Positions 26,323 through 33,759 of a DNA stretch of 53,589 bases are shown in pieces. Position 1 is the stretch's first letter. Each line of letters begins with the position of its first letter. The DNA is taken from contig DATCXV010000028.1 of NCBI GenBank assembly GCA_036565605.1, positions 1 through 53,589 of the forward strand, read 5' to 3'. A program made the position numbers and the translations under genes. The DNA comes from Minisyncoccota bacterium (GTDB lineage Bacteria; Patescibacteriota; Minisyncoccia; Phycocordibacterales; UBA6065). Below the pieces are notes generated by a model. The model was not told the origin of the DNA. It saw nothing but the letters and a program-made list of their open reading frames with translations, and did not search any database.

Positions 26323-26970
26323 GTGTTCCCGAAAGAAAATCTCCACCACGCATATTTTATCGAAGGTGACCGCGACGCTGTTATGGCTGCGGTCGAATTA
26401 TTTCTTTCTGATTCGTTTGGCATGGTGCGCCAGGGCAATCCTGATTTCCACGTCGCCGTTCACCCGGCGTTCGGCATTGATGAAGCGCGTGAATTGCAGG
26501 ATCTACAAGCTTTGCGACCGGTCACGGGCGACCGCAAGGTCTTTTTGATCTCGATTGGTTCGATCACAAGCGAGGCGCAGAACTCGCTTTTGAAAGTGTT
26601 CGAAGAGCCGACGCCGGGTGCACACTTTTTCGTTGTCGGATCTTCAGCGCGGATTCTATTGCCGACCTTGCGCAGCCGCATGGTGGTCGTGACGCACGAC
26701 AGTGCGCGTGCAAACAACGGATCTGCTGCAGACGATGCGCGCGCCTTCATGAAATTATCAATGAAAGATCGCTTGGCGTTCGTTGCGCCTTTGATCGAAG
26801 AGAAAGACAAGGCGCGCGCCGAAGCTTTCCTGCAGGCGCTTGTCACAGAGCTTCACACGAGAGGGAAGACCAAGGCCATAAAAGAAGTTCTGCCTTTAAT
26901 CGCGTATCTGAAAGACCGCGCCCCGTCGCTTAAGCTAATTTTGGAAAGAGTGGCGCTGCTCTCTTTTTGA
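26323..26970 (+). CDS. holB: DNA polymerase III delta' subunit-like protein
   Basis: LHHAYFIEG...DEARELQDLQALRPVTGDRKVFLI...SEAQNSLLKVFEEPTPGAHFFVV...LLPTLRSR. GTG start is inferred from the -10 spacing. The track start at 26146 overlaps the divergent sigma gene. Confidence 0.7.
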   Translation: MFPKENLHHAYFIEGDRDAVMAAVELFLSDSFGMVRQGNPDFHVAVHPAFGIDEARELQDLQALRPVTGDRKVFLISIGSITSEAQNSLLKVFEEPTPGAHFFVVGSSARILLPTLRSRMVVVTHDSARANNGSAADDARAFMKLSMKDRLAFVAPLIEEKDKARAEAFLQALVTELHTRGKTKAIKEVLPLIAYLKDRAPSLKLILERVALLSF

Positions 26971-26974
26971 TTGT

Positions 26975-28069
26975 ATGTACTCTTATCCCATTCTTACTAA
27001 GATTTTTGAGGAGTTCTTGAAGGAGAAGGAAGAAAATCTTTCAAATACATTCATAATCGCTTGTCAGCATATTCTGGAACCGCAGCAAAAAATGTTTCGA
27101 ATGCTAGCGGATTTCGGTGTATCAAAAAAGAATATATTCATTTTAGGCAAATCATATTCGACTAATATTGAAGTGTTGGAAGAGCTAATTGCAGATGATT
27201 TTCATATTGTTCAGCACCAATATAATCCTGCTGAATCTTTTGATGAAACTCATCAAAAGAATTGCAGAGAGTTAGTCGACAGGGTCTTGGAATATATCCG
27301 TCCTGACTCACGCATTATTGTATTAGATGATGGCGGGTCACTTATTTCTGAATGCAATAATCGTTTCGATCACCTATCAAAAGATGCGCAGCTCTTCGGG
27401 GTAGAGCAAACATCTTCAGGTTTTAGAAAGCTTGAAAGTAGGTCCTTAAAATTTCCGGTGATGAATGTGGCTCGCTCGGCATGGAAGCTTGAAAAAGAAC
27501 CGGCATTCATCGCTCAAGATTGTATTGAGAAAATTGATCGGTTTACCGCAAAACTTCCGTATCGAAAAGCGTTTGTCGTGGGGTTAGGTCCTATCGGCGG
27601 GGCGATAGAAAAGCATCTTAAGAATGAAGGACTCGACGTGTATGGGTTCGATGTCTTGCTTGGACATACGGACTTGGTTTCAAAAATATTGGAAATCAAA
27701 CCATCGCTAATCATAGGTGCAACTGGTAGCCAGATTTTGACTGAACATGAACTAGAAATGATGACCACATTCAATCAGAATGTGTATTTGGTGAGTGTTT
27801 CTTCATCAGATAGAGAATTTCCGGTTGTTGGACATCGCAATGGTCAAAATGCTGATGATGTTCACGTTAGTACGACATATAAAAACATCACGTTTGTTAA
27901 CAACGGATTTCCTGTTAATTTTCAGGGAAATCGATATGAAGGAGAAATAGAAGGCATTGAGCCAACAATTGGGCAACTTCTTGGCTCGGTTCTTTATTGC
28001 CTCACGCATGAGCAAGCACTCGAAGGGAAGATCGGGTTCATAGAATTACCATTGCAACTATCCATTTAG
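26975..28069 (+). CDS. Divergent S-adenosylhomocysteine-hydrolase-fold NAD-binding protein (orphan, low GC)
   Basis: IIVLDDGGSL, GVEQTSSGFRKL (compare SAHH EETTTGVHRL), Rossmann motif VVGLGPIGGAIEKHLKNEGLDVYGFDV, IIGATGSQILT. About 33% GC in a hand-counted line. Confidence 0.55.
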   Translation: MYSYPILTKIFEEFLKEKEENLSNTFIIACQHILEPQQKMFRMLADFGVSKKNIFILGKSYSTNIEVLEELIADDFHIVQHQYNPAESFDETHQKNCRELVDRVLEYIRPDSRIIVLDDGGSLISECNNRFDHLSKDAQLFGVEQTSSGFRKLESRSLKFPVMNVARSAWKLEKEPAFIAQDCIEKIDRFTAKLPYRKAFVVGLGPIGGAIEKHLKNEGLDVYGFDVLLGHTDLVSKILEIKPSLIIGATGSQILTEHELEMMTTFNQNVYLVSVSSSDREFPVVGHRNGQNADDVHVSTTYKNITFVNNGFPVNFQGNRYEGEIEGIEPTIGQLLGSVLYCLTHEQALEGKIGFIELPLQLSI

Positions 28070-28080
28070 GTCCGAGCTTG

Positions 28081-28089
28081 TGTTAATAT
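28081..28089 (+). promoter_or_regulatory. Extended -10 (TGtTAATAT), 9 nt upstream of frr ATG
   Basis: ttgTGtTAATATgctggctatATG. Confidence 0.4.
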
Positions 28090-28098
28090 GCTGGCTAT

Positions 28099-28650
28099 AT
28101 GCAATACAACTTCGCAAAGCTGAAAGCAGACCTGGCCGCGACCGAAGCCTGGCTCCAAAAAGAGCTTTCCCAGATTCGTACTAACCGCGCCAACCCTTCG
28201 ATCCTCGACTCGGTGCATGTCGAAGCGTATGGTTCGGATATGGCTATTAACGGCGTCGCATCGGTAACGAACGAAGATCCGCGCACCATCCGCATCACGC
28301 CGTGGGATCAAGCCTTGGTAAAGTCGATCGAGAAATCGATTGTTGCGGCGAACCTTGGCGTTTCGGTCGCGGTCGACGACAAAGGTGTGCGCGTCTCGTT
28401 CCCGGAACTGACCGGCGAGCGTCGCAAAGAGATTGTGAAGACGGCCAAGGAAAAACTTGAACAAGGCAAGATTCAGGTCCGCAAGCATCGCGACACGACC
28501 ATCGCGGACATTGATGCCAAAGAAAAGCAGGGCGGCATGGGCGAAGATGAAAAATTTCGCTTCAAAGCCGATGCGCAAAAGCTTGTCGATGAAGCGAACA
28601 AAAAGCTTCAAGACATGATGGACAAGAAAGAGAAGGAGATTATGAATTAA
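28099..28650 (+). CDS. frr: Ribosome recycling factor
   Basis: LSQIRTNRANPSILDSVHVEAYGS...DPRTIRITPWD...NLGVS...VSFPELTGERRKEIVK. Confidence 0.93.
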   Translation: MQYNFAKLKADLAATEAWLQKELSQIRTNRANPSILDSVHVEAYGSDMAINGVASVTNEDPRTIRITPWDQALVKSIEKSIVAANLGVSVAVDDKGVRVSFPELTGERRKEIVKTAKEKLEQGKIQVRKHRDTTIADIDAKEKQGGMGEDEKFRFKADAQKLVDEANKKLQDMMDKKEKEIMN

Positions 28651-28668
28651 AACGCTCATTGTTATTAC

Positions 28669-29733
28669 GTGACTGTCATACTTTTTTTCATCATTTTGGC
28701 GGTCCTGGTGCTCGTCCACGAGTTCGGGCATTTTTACGCAGCAAAGAAATGCGGCGTGCGCGTCGACGAATTCGGTCTGGGTTTTCCGCCGCGCATTATA
28801 GGTAAAGAATGGAATGGTACGGTCTATTCGTTGAACTGGATCCCGTTCGGTGGCTTCGTGAAAATCTTTGGCGAGGATGGCAAAGATGACACTGTTCCGG
28901 ATACTCTTCAGTCTGGAAAAAATTTCATGGATGTCTCGCGCCCTAAACAGGTGCTTATTCTGGCTGCGGGCGTGATCATGAACATTCTGTTCGCGTGGAT
29001 TCTTTTTTCCATCGCCTTTATGACCGGCATGACAACGGGTGTTTCGGAAGCGAACGCAAAATATATCCATGACGCGCATGTGATCGTCTTGGATGCGCTG
29101 CCGAATGCGCCGGCAGCCAAAGCGGGTTTGAAGCCGGGTGACGAAATCCTTTCGTACGATTCTATCGATGCCATCCAAACTGCGGCCAAAACGGGCAAGC
29201 CACTTTCGTTCGAAATCCAGCGCGGTGCGGAAAAGAAATCGGTGACGGTAATTCCTGAAAAGGGAGTCTTTAATGATCAGTATGCAATCGGCATCTCGAT
29301 GGATATGGTAGGGAAGGCTGACCTGCCGTTCTTCATCGCTTTCGCTGAAGGCGCCCGTCTGACCGTCCACATGTTCGCAGTTATCATGAAAAGCATCTAC
29401 AGCCTCATTCACGATGCGGTCTTGGGCAAGGCTGATGTGTCACAGTTGTCAGGACCAGTTGGGATCGCGCGATTGGTGGGCGATGCACGGCATCTGGGCT
29501 TCGCCTATCTTGCTTCGTTTACTGCCTTTATCTCGCTTAACTTGGCGGTGCTTAATTTGGTGCCATTTCCAGCGCTTGATGGTGGACGTATTGTTTTCGT
29601 TGGTGTCGAGGCGATCCGCCGCAAACCTATTCCGGCCAAAGTGGCGAACGCCGTTAACTTTGCAGGTTTTTGTCTGCTTATCGCATTCATGCTCTTTATT
29701 ACCTATAAGGACGTGATGAAGATTTGGGGATAG
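28669..29733 (+). CDS. rseP: RIP metalloprotease RseP (site-2 protease, M50)
   Basis: HEFGHFYAAKKCG (HExxH), a central PDZ-like segment, and NLVPFPALDGG. GTG start. Confidence 0.9.
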   Translation: MTVILFFIILAVLVLVHEFGHFYAAKKCGVRVDEFGLGFPPRIIGKEWNGTVYSLNWIPFGGFVKIFGEDGKDDTVPDTLQSGKNFMDVSRPKQVLILAAGVIMNILFAWILFSIAFMTGMTTGVSEANAKYIHDAHVIVLDALPNAPAAKAGLKPGDEILSYDSIDAIQTAAKTGKPLSFEIQRGAEKKSVTVIPEKGVFNDQYAIGISMDMVGKADLPFFIAFAEGARLTVHMFAVIMKSIYSLIHDAVLGKADVSQLSGPVGIARLVGDARHLGFAYLASFTAFISLNLAVLNLVPFPALDGGRIVFVGVEAIRRKPIPAKVANAVNFAGFCLLIAFMLFITYKDVMKIWG

Positions 29734-29751
29734 AAAAAAGAAATACAAAAA

Positions 29752-29786
29752 CAAAAAAGCGGCGTCCTTATGGACGCCGCTTTGCA
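29752..29786. terminator. Bidirectional rho-independent terminator
   Basis: AAAAAAgcggcgtcc-ttat-ggacgccgcTTTg. Confidence 0.8.
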
Positions 29787-29798
29787 TGAAGCCGATGG

Positions 29799-30137
29799 TC
29801 ACACTGTGACCGGTCGGGGTTTTTCCGGGCCGTCGAGCCAGATGTTCTCGTCATGCAACCGCATGACCCGCTGCATGTGCGCGAATCCGAAGATTGCGTA
29901 CATAAACGCGAACACCGTTATGACGGGGCCGCCGATTCGGCTGTCGCCAAAATATGCAGTCGCAATGATTGCGATTGCAAGTGTTGCGCCCATCGTCGAT
30001 GTGCCGCGCATCCAATGTGCGTCAGGATGCTTTTCACGGCGGCAGCGGGCGGCATAACGGAAGCCGGGCACGAACCAGAACAGGAGTGAAAAGATCACTC
30101 CGGCTATGCGAGCGAAGGCAAGGAACAGGATTTTCAT
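29799..30137 (-). CDS. Small multi-pass membrane protein, hypothetical
   Basis: 112 aa with 3 hydrophobic helices. The TATAAT-containing divergent promoter region lies upstream. Confidence 0.6.
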   Translation of the reverse strand: MKILFLAFARIAGVIFSLLFWFVPGFRYAARCRREKHPDAHWMRGTSTMGATLAIAIIATAYFGDSRIGGPVITVFAFMYAIFGFAHMQRVMRLHDENIWLDGPEKPRPVTV

Positions 30138-30166
30138 GTGGCTGGGGATTCAGTAGACTACTATAT

Positions 30167-30174
30167 ATTATACT
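30167..30174. promoter_or_regulatory. Overlapping back-to-back -10 boxes (plus TATACT 30169-30174; minus TATAAT 30167-30172)
   Basis: The plus strand atATTATACTgc reads TATACT on the plus strand and TATAAT on the minus strand. Confidence 0.35.
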
Positions 30175-30247
30175 GCTCTTGACACCATTGTGTCAAGTAC
30201 TTACAAAACGGCTTAACTGCGTTATTATTGGCCACAACAATACACCC

Positions 30248-31501
30248 ATGCGCCAATCACAGCTGTTCACTCGCACGCGAAAAGAAGCACCAAAAGATGA
30301 AGTCTCGAAGAATGCCCAGCTTTTGATTCGTGCCGGATATATCTATAAAGAGATGGCAGGCGTGTACGCTTTCTTGCCTTTGGGCCTGCGCGTTTTTAAC
30401 AAGATTGTCGGTGTGATCCGTGAAGAGATGAATGATATTGGTGGACAGGAAGTGTCTTTGACCGCGTTTCAGCAGAAAGAAACCTGGACTCCGACCAATC
30501 AGTGGGATGACAAAGAGGTTGATGTCTGGTTCAAGACACAATTGAAAAATGGCACCGAGCTGGGTCTTGCTGTCACGCACGAAGCGGCGCTCACCAAGCT
30601 CATGAAAGATTTTGTCTCGTCGTACCGTTCGCTGCCGCAGTACGTCTATCAGTTCCAGACCAAATTCAGAAACGAAACGCGTGCCAAGTCCGGTATCATG
30701 CGCTGTCGCGAATTTGTTATGAAGGATCTGTATTCGTTCTCGCGTACACAGGACGAACACAATGCCTTTTACGAGAAAGCAAAACAGGCATACGAGCAGG
30801 TCTTTAAAAGGCTTGGTATCGGAAATCAGACTTATCTTACATTCGCGTCGGGAGGCATGTTCACGAAATTTTCACACGAATTCCAGACCGTAACTGATGC
30901 GGGCGAGGATCTGATCTATGTCGATGAAAATAAAAAGCTTGCTGTGAACAAAGAAGTGCTGAACGATGAAGTTCTGAAGGATCTGGGCATACACCGCGCC
31001 GACTTGGTTGAAAAAAAGGCGGTCGAGGTGGGAAATATTTTCTCCCTTGGAACCCGTTTTTCAGATGCGCTTGAACTTAATTTCCTCGACGAAAAAGGTG
31101 TGAAGAAGCCTGTCATCATGGGTTCGTATGGTATCGGTCCGGCGCGCGTTATGGGTACGATTGTCGAGACGCTTTCGGATAAAGACGGGATCGTATGGCC
31201 AGAAGCAGTCGCGCCGTTCAAAGTGCATATGATTGTCGTTGATTCCAAAGATGGTTCGGCGCGCGCGGCGGCCGACGCTTTGTACGCAGCGCTTCAAAAG
31301 GCTGGTATTGAAACCTTGTATGATGATCGCGATCTGCGCCCAGGTGAAAAATTCGCTGATGCAGACCTGATTGGCATTCCGTACCGTGTCGTCGTTTCGG
31401 AAAAAACTATTGCTGCGGGCAAGCACGAAATGAAAGTCCGGGCGACAGGTGAAGTGAGGTCTCTTGCGGAAACTGAATTGATAGATACACTAAGGGAGTA
31501 G
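30248..31501 (+). CDS. proS: Prolyl-tRNA synthetase, short form without the bacterial INS editing insertion
   Basis: MRQSQLFTRTRKEAPKDEVSKNAQLLIRAGYI...; class II motifs FRNETRAKSGIMRCREFVMKD and GSYGIGPAR; C-terminal anticodon-binding domain. 417 aa. Start moved to ATG 30248. Confidence 0.9.
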   Translation: MRQSQLFTRTRKEAPKDEVSKNAQLLIRAGYIYKEMAGVYAFLPLGLRVFNKIVGVIREEMNDIGGQEVSLTAFQQKETWTPTNQWDDKEVDVWFKTQLKNGTELGLAVTHEAALTKLMKDFVSSYRSLPQYVYQFQTKFRNETRAKSGIMRCREFVMKDLYSFSRTQDEHNAFYEKAKQAYEQVFKRLGIGNQTYLTFASGGMFTKFSHEFQTVTDAGEDLIYVDENKKLAVNKEVLNDEVLKDLGIHRADLVEKKAVEVGNIFSLGTRFSDALELNFLDEKGVKKPVIMGSYGIGPARVMGTIVETLSDKDGIVWPEAVAPFKVHMIVVDSKDGSARAAADALYAALQKAGIETLYDDRDLRPGEKFADADLIGIPYRVVVSEKTIAAGKHEMKVRATGEVRSLAETELIDTLRE

Positions 31502-31502
31502 A

Positions 31503-31616
31503 GACGAACCGGAACGTCCTTTGATGGAGACTCTCGGAGCGCGACGGCGCGAGAGAGAAGGTGTGGGTCAGGGTCCCGCAACCTGGTCTCCAGAAAAGGA
31601 CGTTCCGGTTTGCGTC
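31503..31616 (+). ncRNA. 114-nt intergenic structured element (long closing helix plus two inner hairpins)
   Basis: gacgaaccggaacgtccttt pairs with aaaggacgttccggtt(t)gcgtc, and ggagac pairs with gtctcc. Inner hairpins: tctc..cgcg-acgg-cgcg.gaga and aggt...acct. Confidence 0.4.
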
Positions 31617-31633
31617 TTATTACATTTTTGCAT

Positions 31634-32698
31634 ATGACAATTCCTTTTATACAGAAACTCTACAAAACGTTCTCGCACGATATCGGGATTGATCTTGGTA
31701 CTGCAAACACGCTTGTCTATGTAAAAGGCCAGGGCATCGTTATTAACGAGCCGTCGGTCGTGGCGGTGAACCAAAAGACAGGTCGCGTTGTGGCGGTGGG
31801 ATCACAAGCTAAAGACATGCTTGGCCGCACGCCGGCGCATATCACGGCAGTCAGACCTTTGGTCGACGGCGTCATTTCGGATTTCGAAGTAGCCGAGGAA
31901 ATGATTGTCTATCTTTTGAATAAAGCCCAGAAAGAATCGAAAAAATTTTTTGGCCCGCGCGTGATCGTAGGTATTCCTTCAGGTGTTACCAATGTGGAAG
32001 CGCGCGCCGTCCGCGATGCGACCCGAAATGCCGGCGCGCGTGAAGTACATGTTGTCGAACAACCGATGGCCGCAGCGATCGGTATCCGTCTTCCTATACA
32101 TGAACCAGCTGGCAACATGGTGATCGACATCGGCGGCGGAACATCTGACATCGCAGTTATATCGCTTGGCGGTGTGGTGCGCTCGAAGTCTTTGAAGATT
32201 GCCGGAGACCGTCTGAATTCAGATATCCAGTCATACATTCGTAACGAATTCAAAATTTTGGTCGGTGAAAAAACTGCTGAAGAAGTAAAAATCAAATTGG
32301 GCGTCGTGGTACCAGAATCGGCTCCACATGAAGCAGCAATTCGCGGTCGTGATCTGGTCACAGGATTGCCACGTGAGGTAGTTCTTACCGACGCGGATAT
32401 CCGCGAAGCAATTTCACAGTCGATCGGTAACTTGGTCGAGTCGGTCAAAGAAGTGCTTGAAACGACTCCTCCCGAGATTCTTGCCGACGTCATGAATCGC
32501 GGCATCTATCTGGTGGGTGGCGGTGCACTGATTCGCGGCCTCGATAATCTCATCGAAGAGTATGTGAAAATTCCTGTCCACATCGCAGACGATCCTTTGA
32601 CTGCTGTGGCACGCGGCGCAGGCGTTATACTAGAGGACATTGAAGCGTATCATGACGTTTTGATCGAGAACGAGGATGACCTACCTAAAGCGCAGTAA
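31634..32698 (+). CDS. mreB: Rod shape-determining protein MreB (operon copy)
   Basis: IGIDLGTANTLVYV...NEPSVVAV...VIDIGGGTSDIAVISLGG...IYLVGGGALIRGL. Start moved to ATG 31634, outside the upstream structured element. Confidence 0.92.
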   Translation: MTIPFIQKLYKTFSHDIGIDLGTANTLVYVKGQGIVINEPSVVAVNQKTGRVVAVGSQAKDMLGRTPAHITAVRPLVDGVISDFEVAEEMIVYLLNKAQKESKKFFGPRVIVGIPSGVTNVEARAVRDATRNAGAREVHVVEQPMAAAIGIRLPIHEPAGNMVIDIGGGTSDIAVISLGGVVRSKSLKIAGDRLNSDIQSYIRNEFKILVGEKTAEEVKIKLGVVVPESAPHEAAIRGRDLVTGLPREVVLTDADIREAISQSIGNLVESVKEVLETTPPEILADVMNRGIYLVGGGALIRGLDNLIEEYVKIPVHIADDPLTAVARGAGVILEDIEAYHDVLIENEDDLPKAQ

Positions 32699-33464
32699 CC
32701 CGCGGGAAAAAAAGAGCAAAGCATATATAGCTTGTGCCGCTCTTGCGATCCTGATCCTTCTTGTTATTCATTTCTTTTTGCCCGGTTTCTTCAGAGGAAT
32801 TTTTGTGCCGGCCGGTTCGGCTGCATGGCAGACCGAAGAGGGAACCGAGACTTTTTTGGGCTCGTTGCGTACGAAATATTCGCTCTCCAAAGAGAACGCT
32901 GACTTGAAGGCACGACTCGAGCAGAAAGGAATTGATGCTCTTCTGTTACAGGCGGCTCTTGCCGAGAACGAGTCTCTTAAATCGCTTGTTCATCGAACGA
33001 ACGTAGGTGATGATATTTTGGCCACAGTACTTTCGCGTCCGCCACAATCGCCGTATGACACACTTACGCTTGATGTTGGTGCTGATGAAGGTGTGTCGGT
33101 TGGCGATAAAGTCTATGCGCCTGGAGGTATTGTTATCGGTGATATTGCCGAAGCGTCTTCGGGAACATCCAAAGTCCTTCTGTATTCATCTCCGGGCAGG
33201 ATCGTGCCGGCTATCGTCGGATCATCAACAACTCAGATCCAAGCCATGGGCAAAGGGGGCGGTGATTTCTCAGCAAAGCTTCCGGCTGAAATCCATGTAT
33301 CCAAAGGCGATGTGGTACTGATGCCATCGATGCGTATTCACACTTTAGGTGCAATAGAAGCGATCGAGTCCGATTCGACCGATTCTTTTCAAACCGTTTT
33401 ATTTACGCTGCCGGTTAATATACACGAGCTGTGTTTCGTGACGGTCGACCGCAGCGGAAAATAA
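32676..33464 (+). CDS. mreC: Rod shape-determining protein MreC
   Basis: N-terminal TM helix, coiled coil (LSKENADLKARLEQK), then a beta-rich domain. Sits between mreB and mreD. Confidence 0.8.
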   Translation: MTYLKRSNPREKKSKAYIACAALAILILLVIHFFLPGFFRGIFVPAGSAAWQTEEGTETFLGSLRTKYSLSKENADLKARLEQKGIDALLLQAALAENESLKSLVHRTNVGDDILATVLSRPPQSPYDTLTLDVGADEGVSVGDKVYAPGGIVIGDIAEASSGTSKVLLYSSPGRIVPAIVGSSTTQIQAMGKGGGDFSAKLPAEIHVSKGDVVLMPSMRIHTLGAIEAIESDSTDSFQTVLFTLPVNIHELCFVTVDRSGK

Positions 33465-33465
33465 T

Positions 33466-33717
33466 ATGAATCGCACGATCACCGATATTGTTTTGATCCT
33501 CTCTATTCTCTTCCTGCCGTGGTGGGTGTCTGCGGCGCTTTTATTGGTTGCGTGCTTCTATTTCCATCATTTTTTCGAAGCCTTTGTCTTTGGAATCATG
33601 GCTGACGCCCTGTATGCTGCTCCACATGCGTTTCATAATTTTCCGCATCTGGGCGTGATCTTTGCCGCGGTCTCTTTTCTCCTTTCCGCGCTCATTCGCG
33701 AACGATTGGCGCTGTAA
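33466..33717 (+). CDS. mreD: MreD-like small membrane protein
   Basis: 83 aa with 3 TM helices. Position between mreC and the PBP2 gene. Confidence 0.6.
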   Translation: MNRTITDIVLILSILFLPWWVSAALLLVACFYFHHFFEAFVFGIMADALYAAPHAFHNFPHLGVIFAAVSFLLSALIRERLAL

Positions 33718-33744
33718 AGCATATTCCTGTCAACCACTGTACGG

Positions 33745-33753
33745 TGTTAGAAT
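33745..33753 (+). promoter_or_regulatory. Extended -10 (TGtTAGAAT), exactly 6 nt upstream of PBP2 ATG
   Basis: cggTGtTAGAATatcgccATG. Confidence 0.45.
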
Positions 33754-33759
33754 ATCGCC

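Noticed and set aside
10881-26970. Alternative genetic code (UGA read as Gly or Trp, as in some candidate phyla).
   Set aside because: TGA terminates well-defined genes at the expected protein ends (gtrA at 10881-10883, holB-like at 26968-26970, TIM barrel at 11660-11662). All recognisable proteins are full length without in-frame TGA.
28066-29412. 448-aa minus-strand ORF, together with similar long antisense ORFs at 10649-11569, 18222-19100, 36407-37351, 40667-41449, 52129-52842 and 2358-2888.
   Set aside because: Each lies fully antisense to a gene with strong family motifs (frr/rseP, TIM barrel, fmt/def, lysS, ftsI, giant ORFs). Their translations are Arg/His/Cys-rich or low-complexity mirror images (for example VVPMPTLP opposite GNVGIGTT). 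They are shadow ORFs.
30175-30247. T-box or other long riboswitch upstream of proS (and of lysS at 35992-36004).
   Set aside because: The leaders are only about 70 nt and about 13 nt. That is far too short for a T-box, and no specifier loop or T-box sequence is present. Only an 8-bp palindrome (cttgacac/gtgtcaag) is seen upstream of proS.
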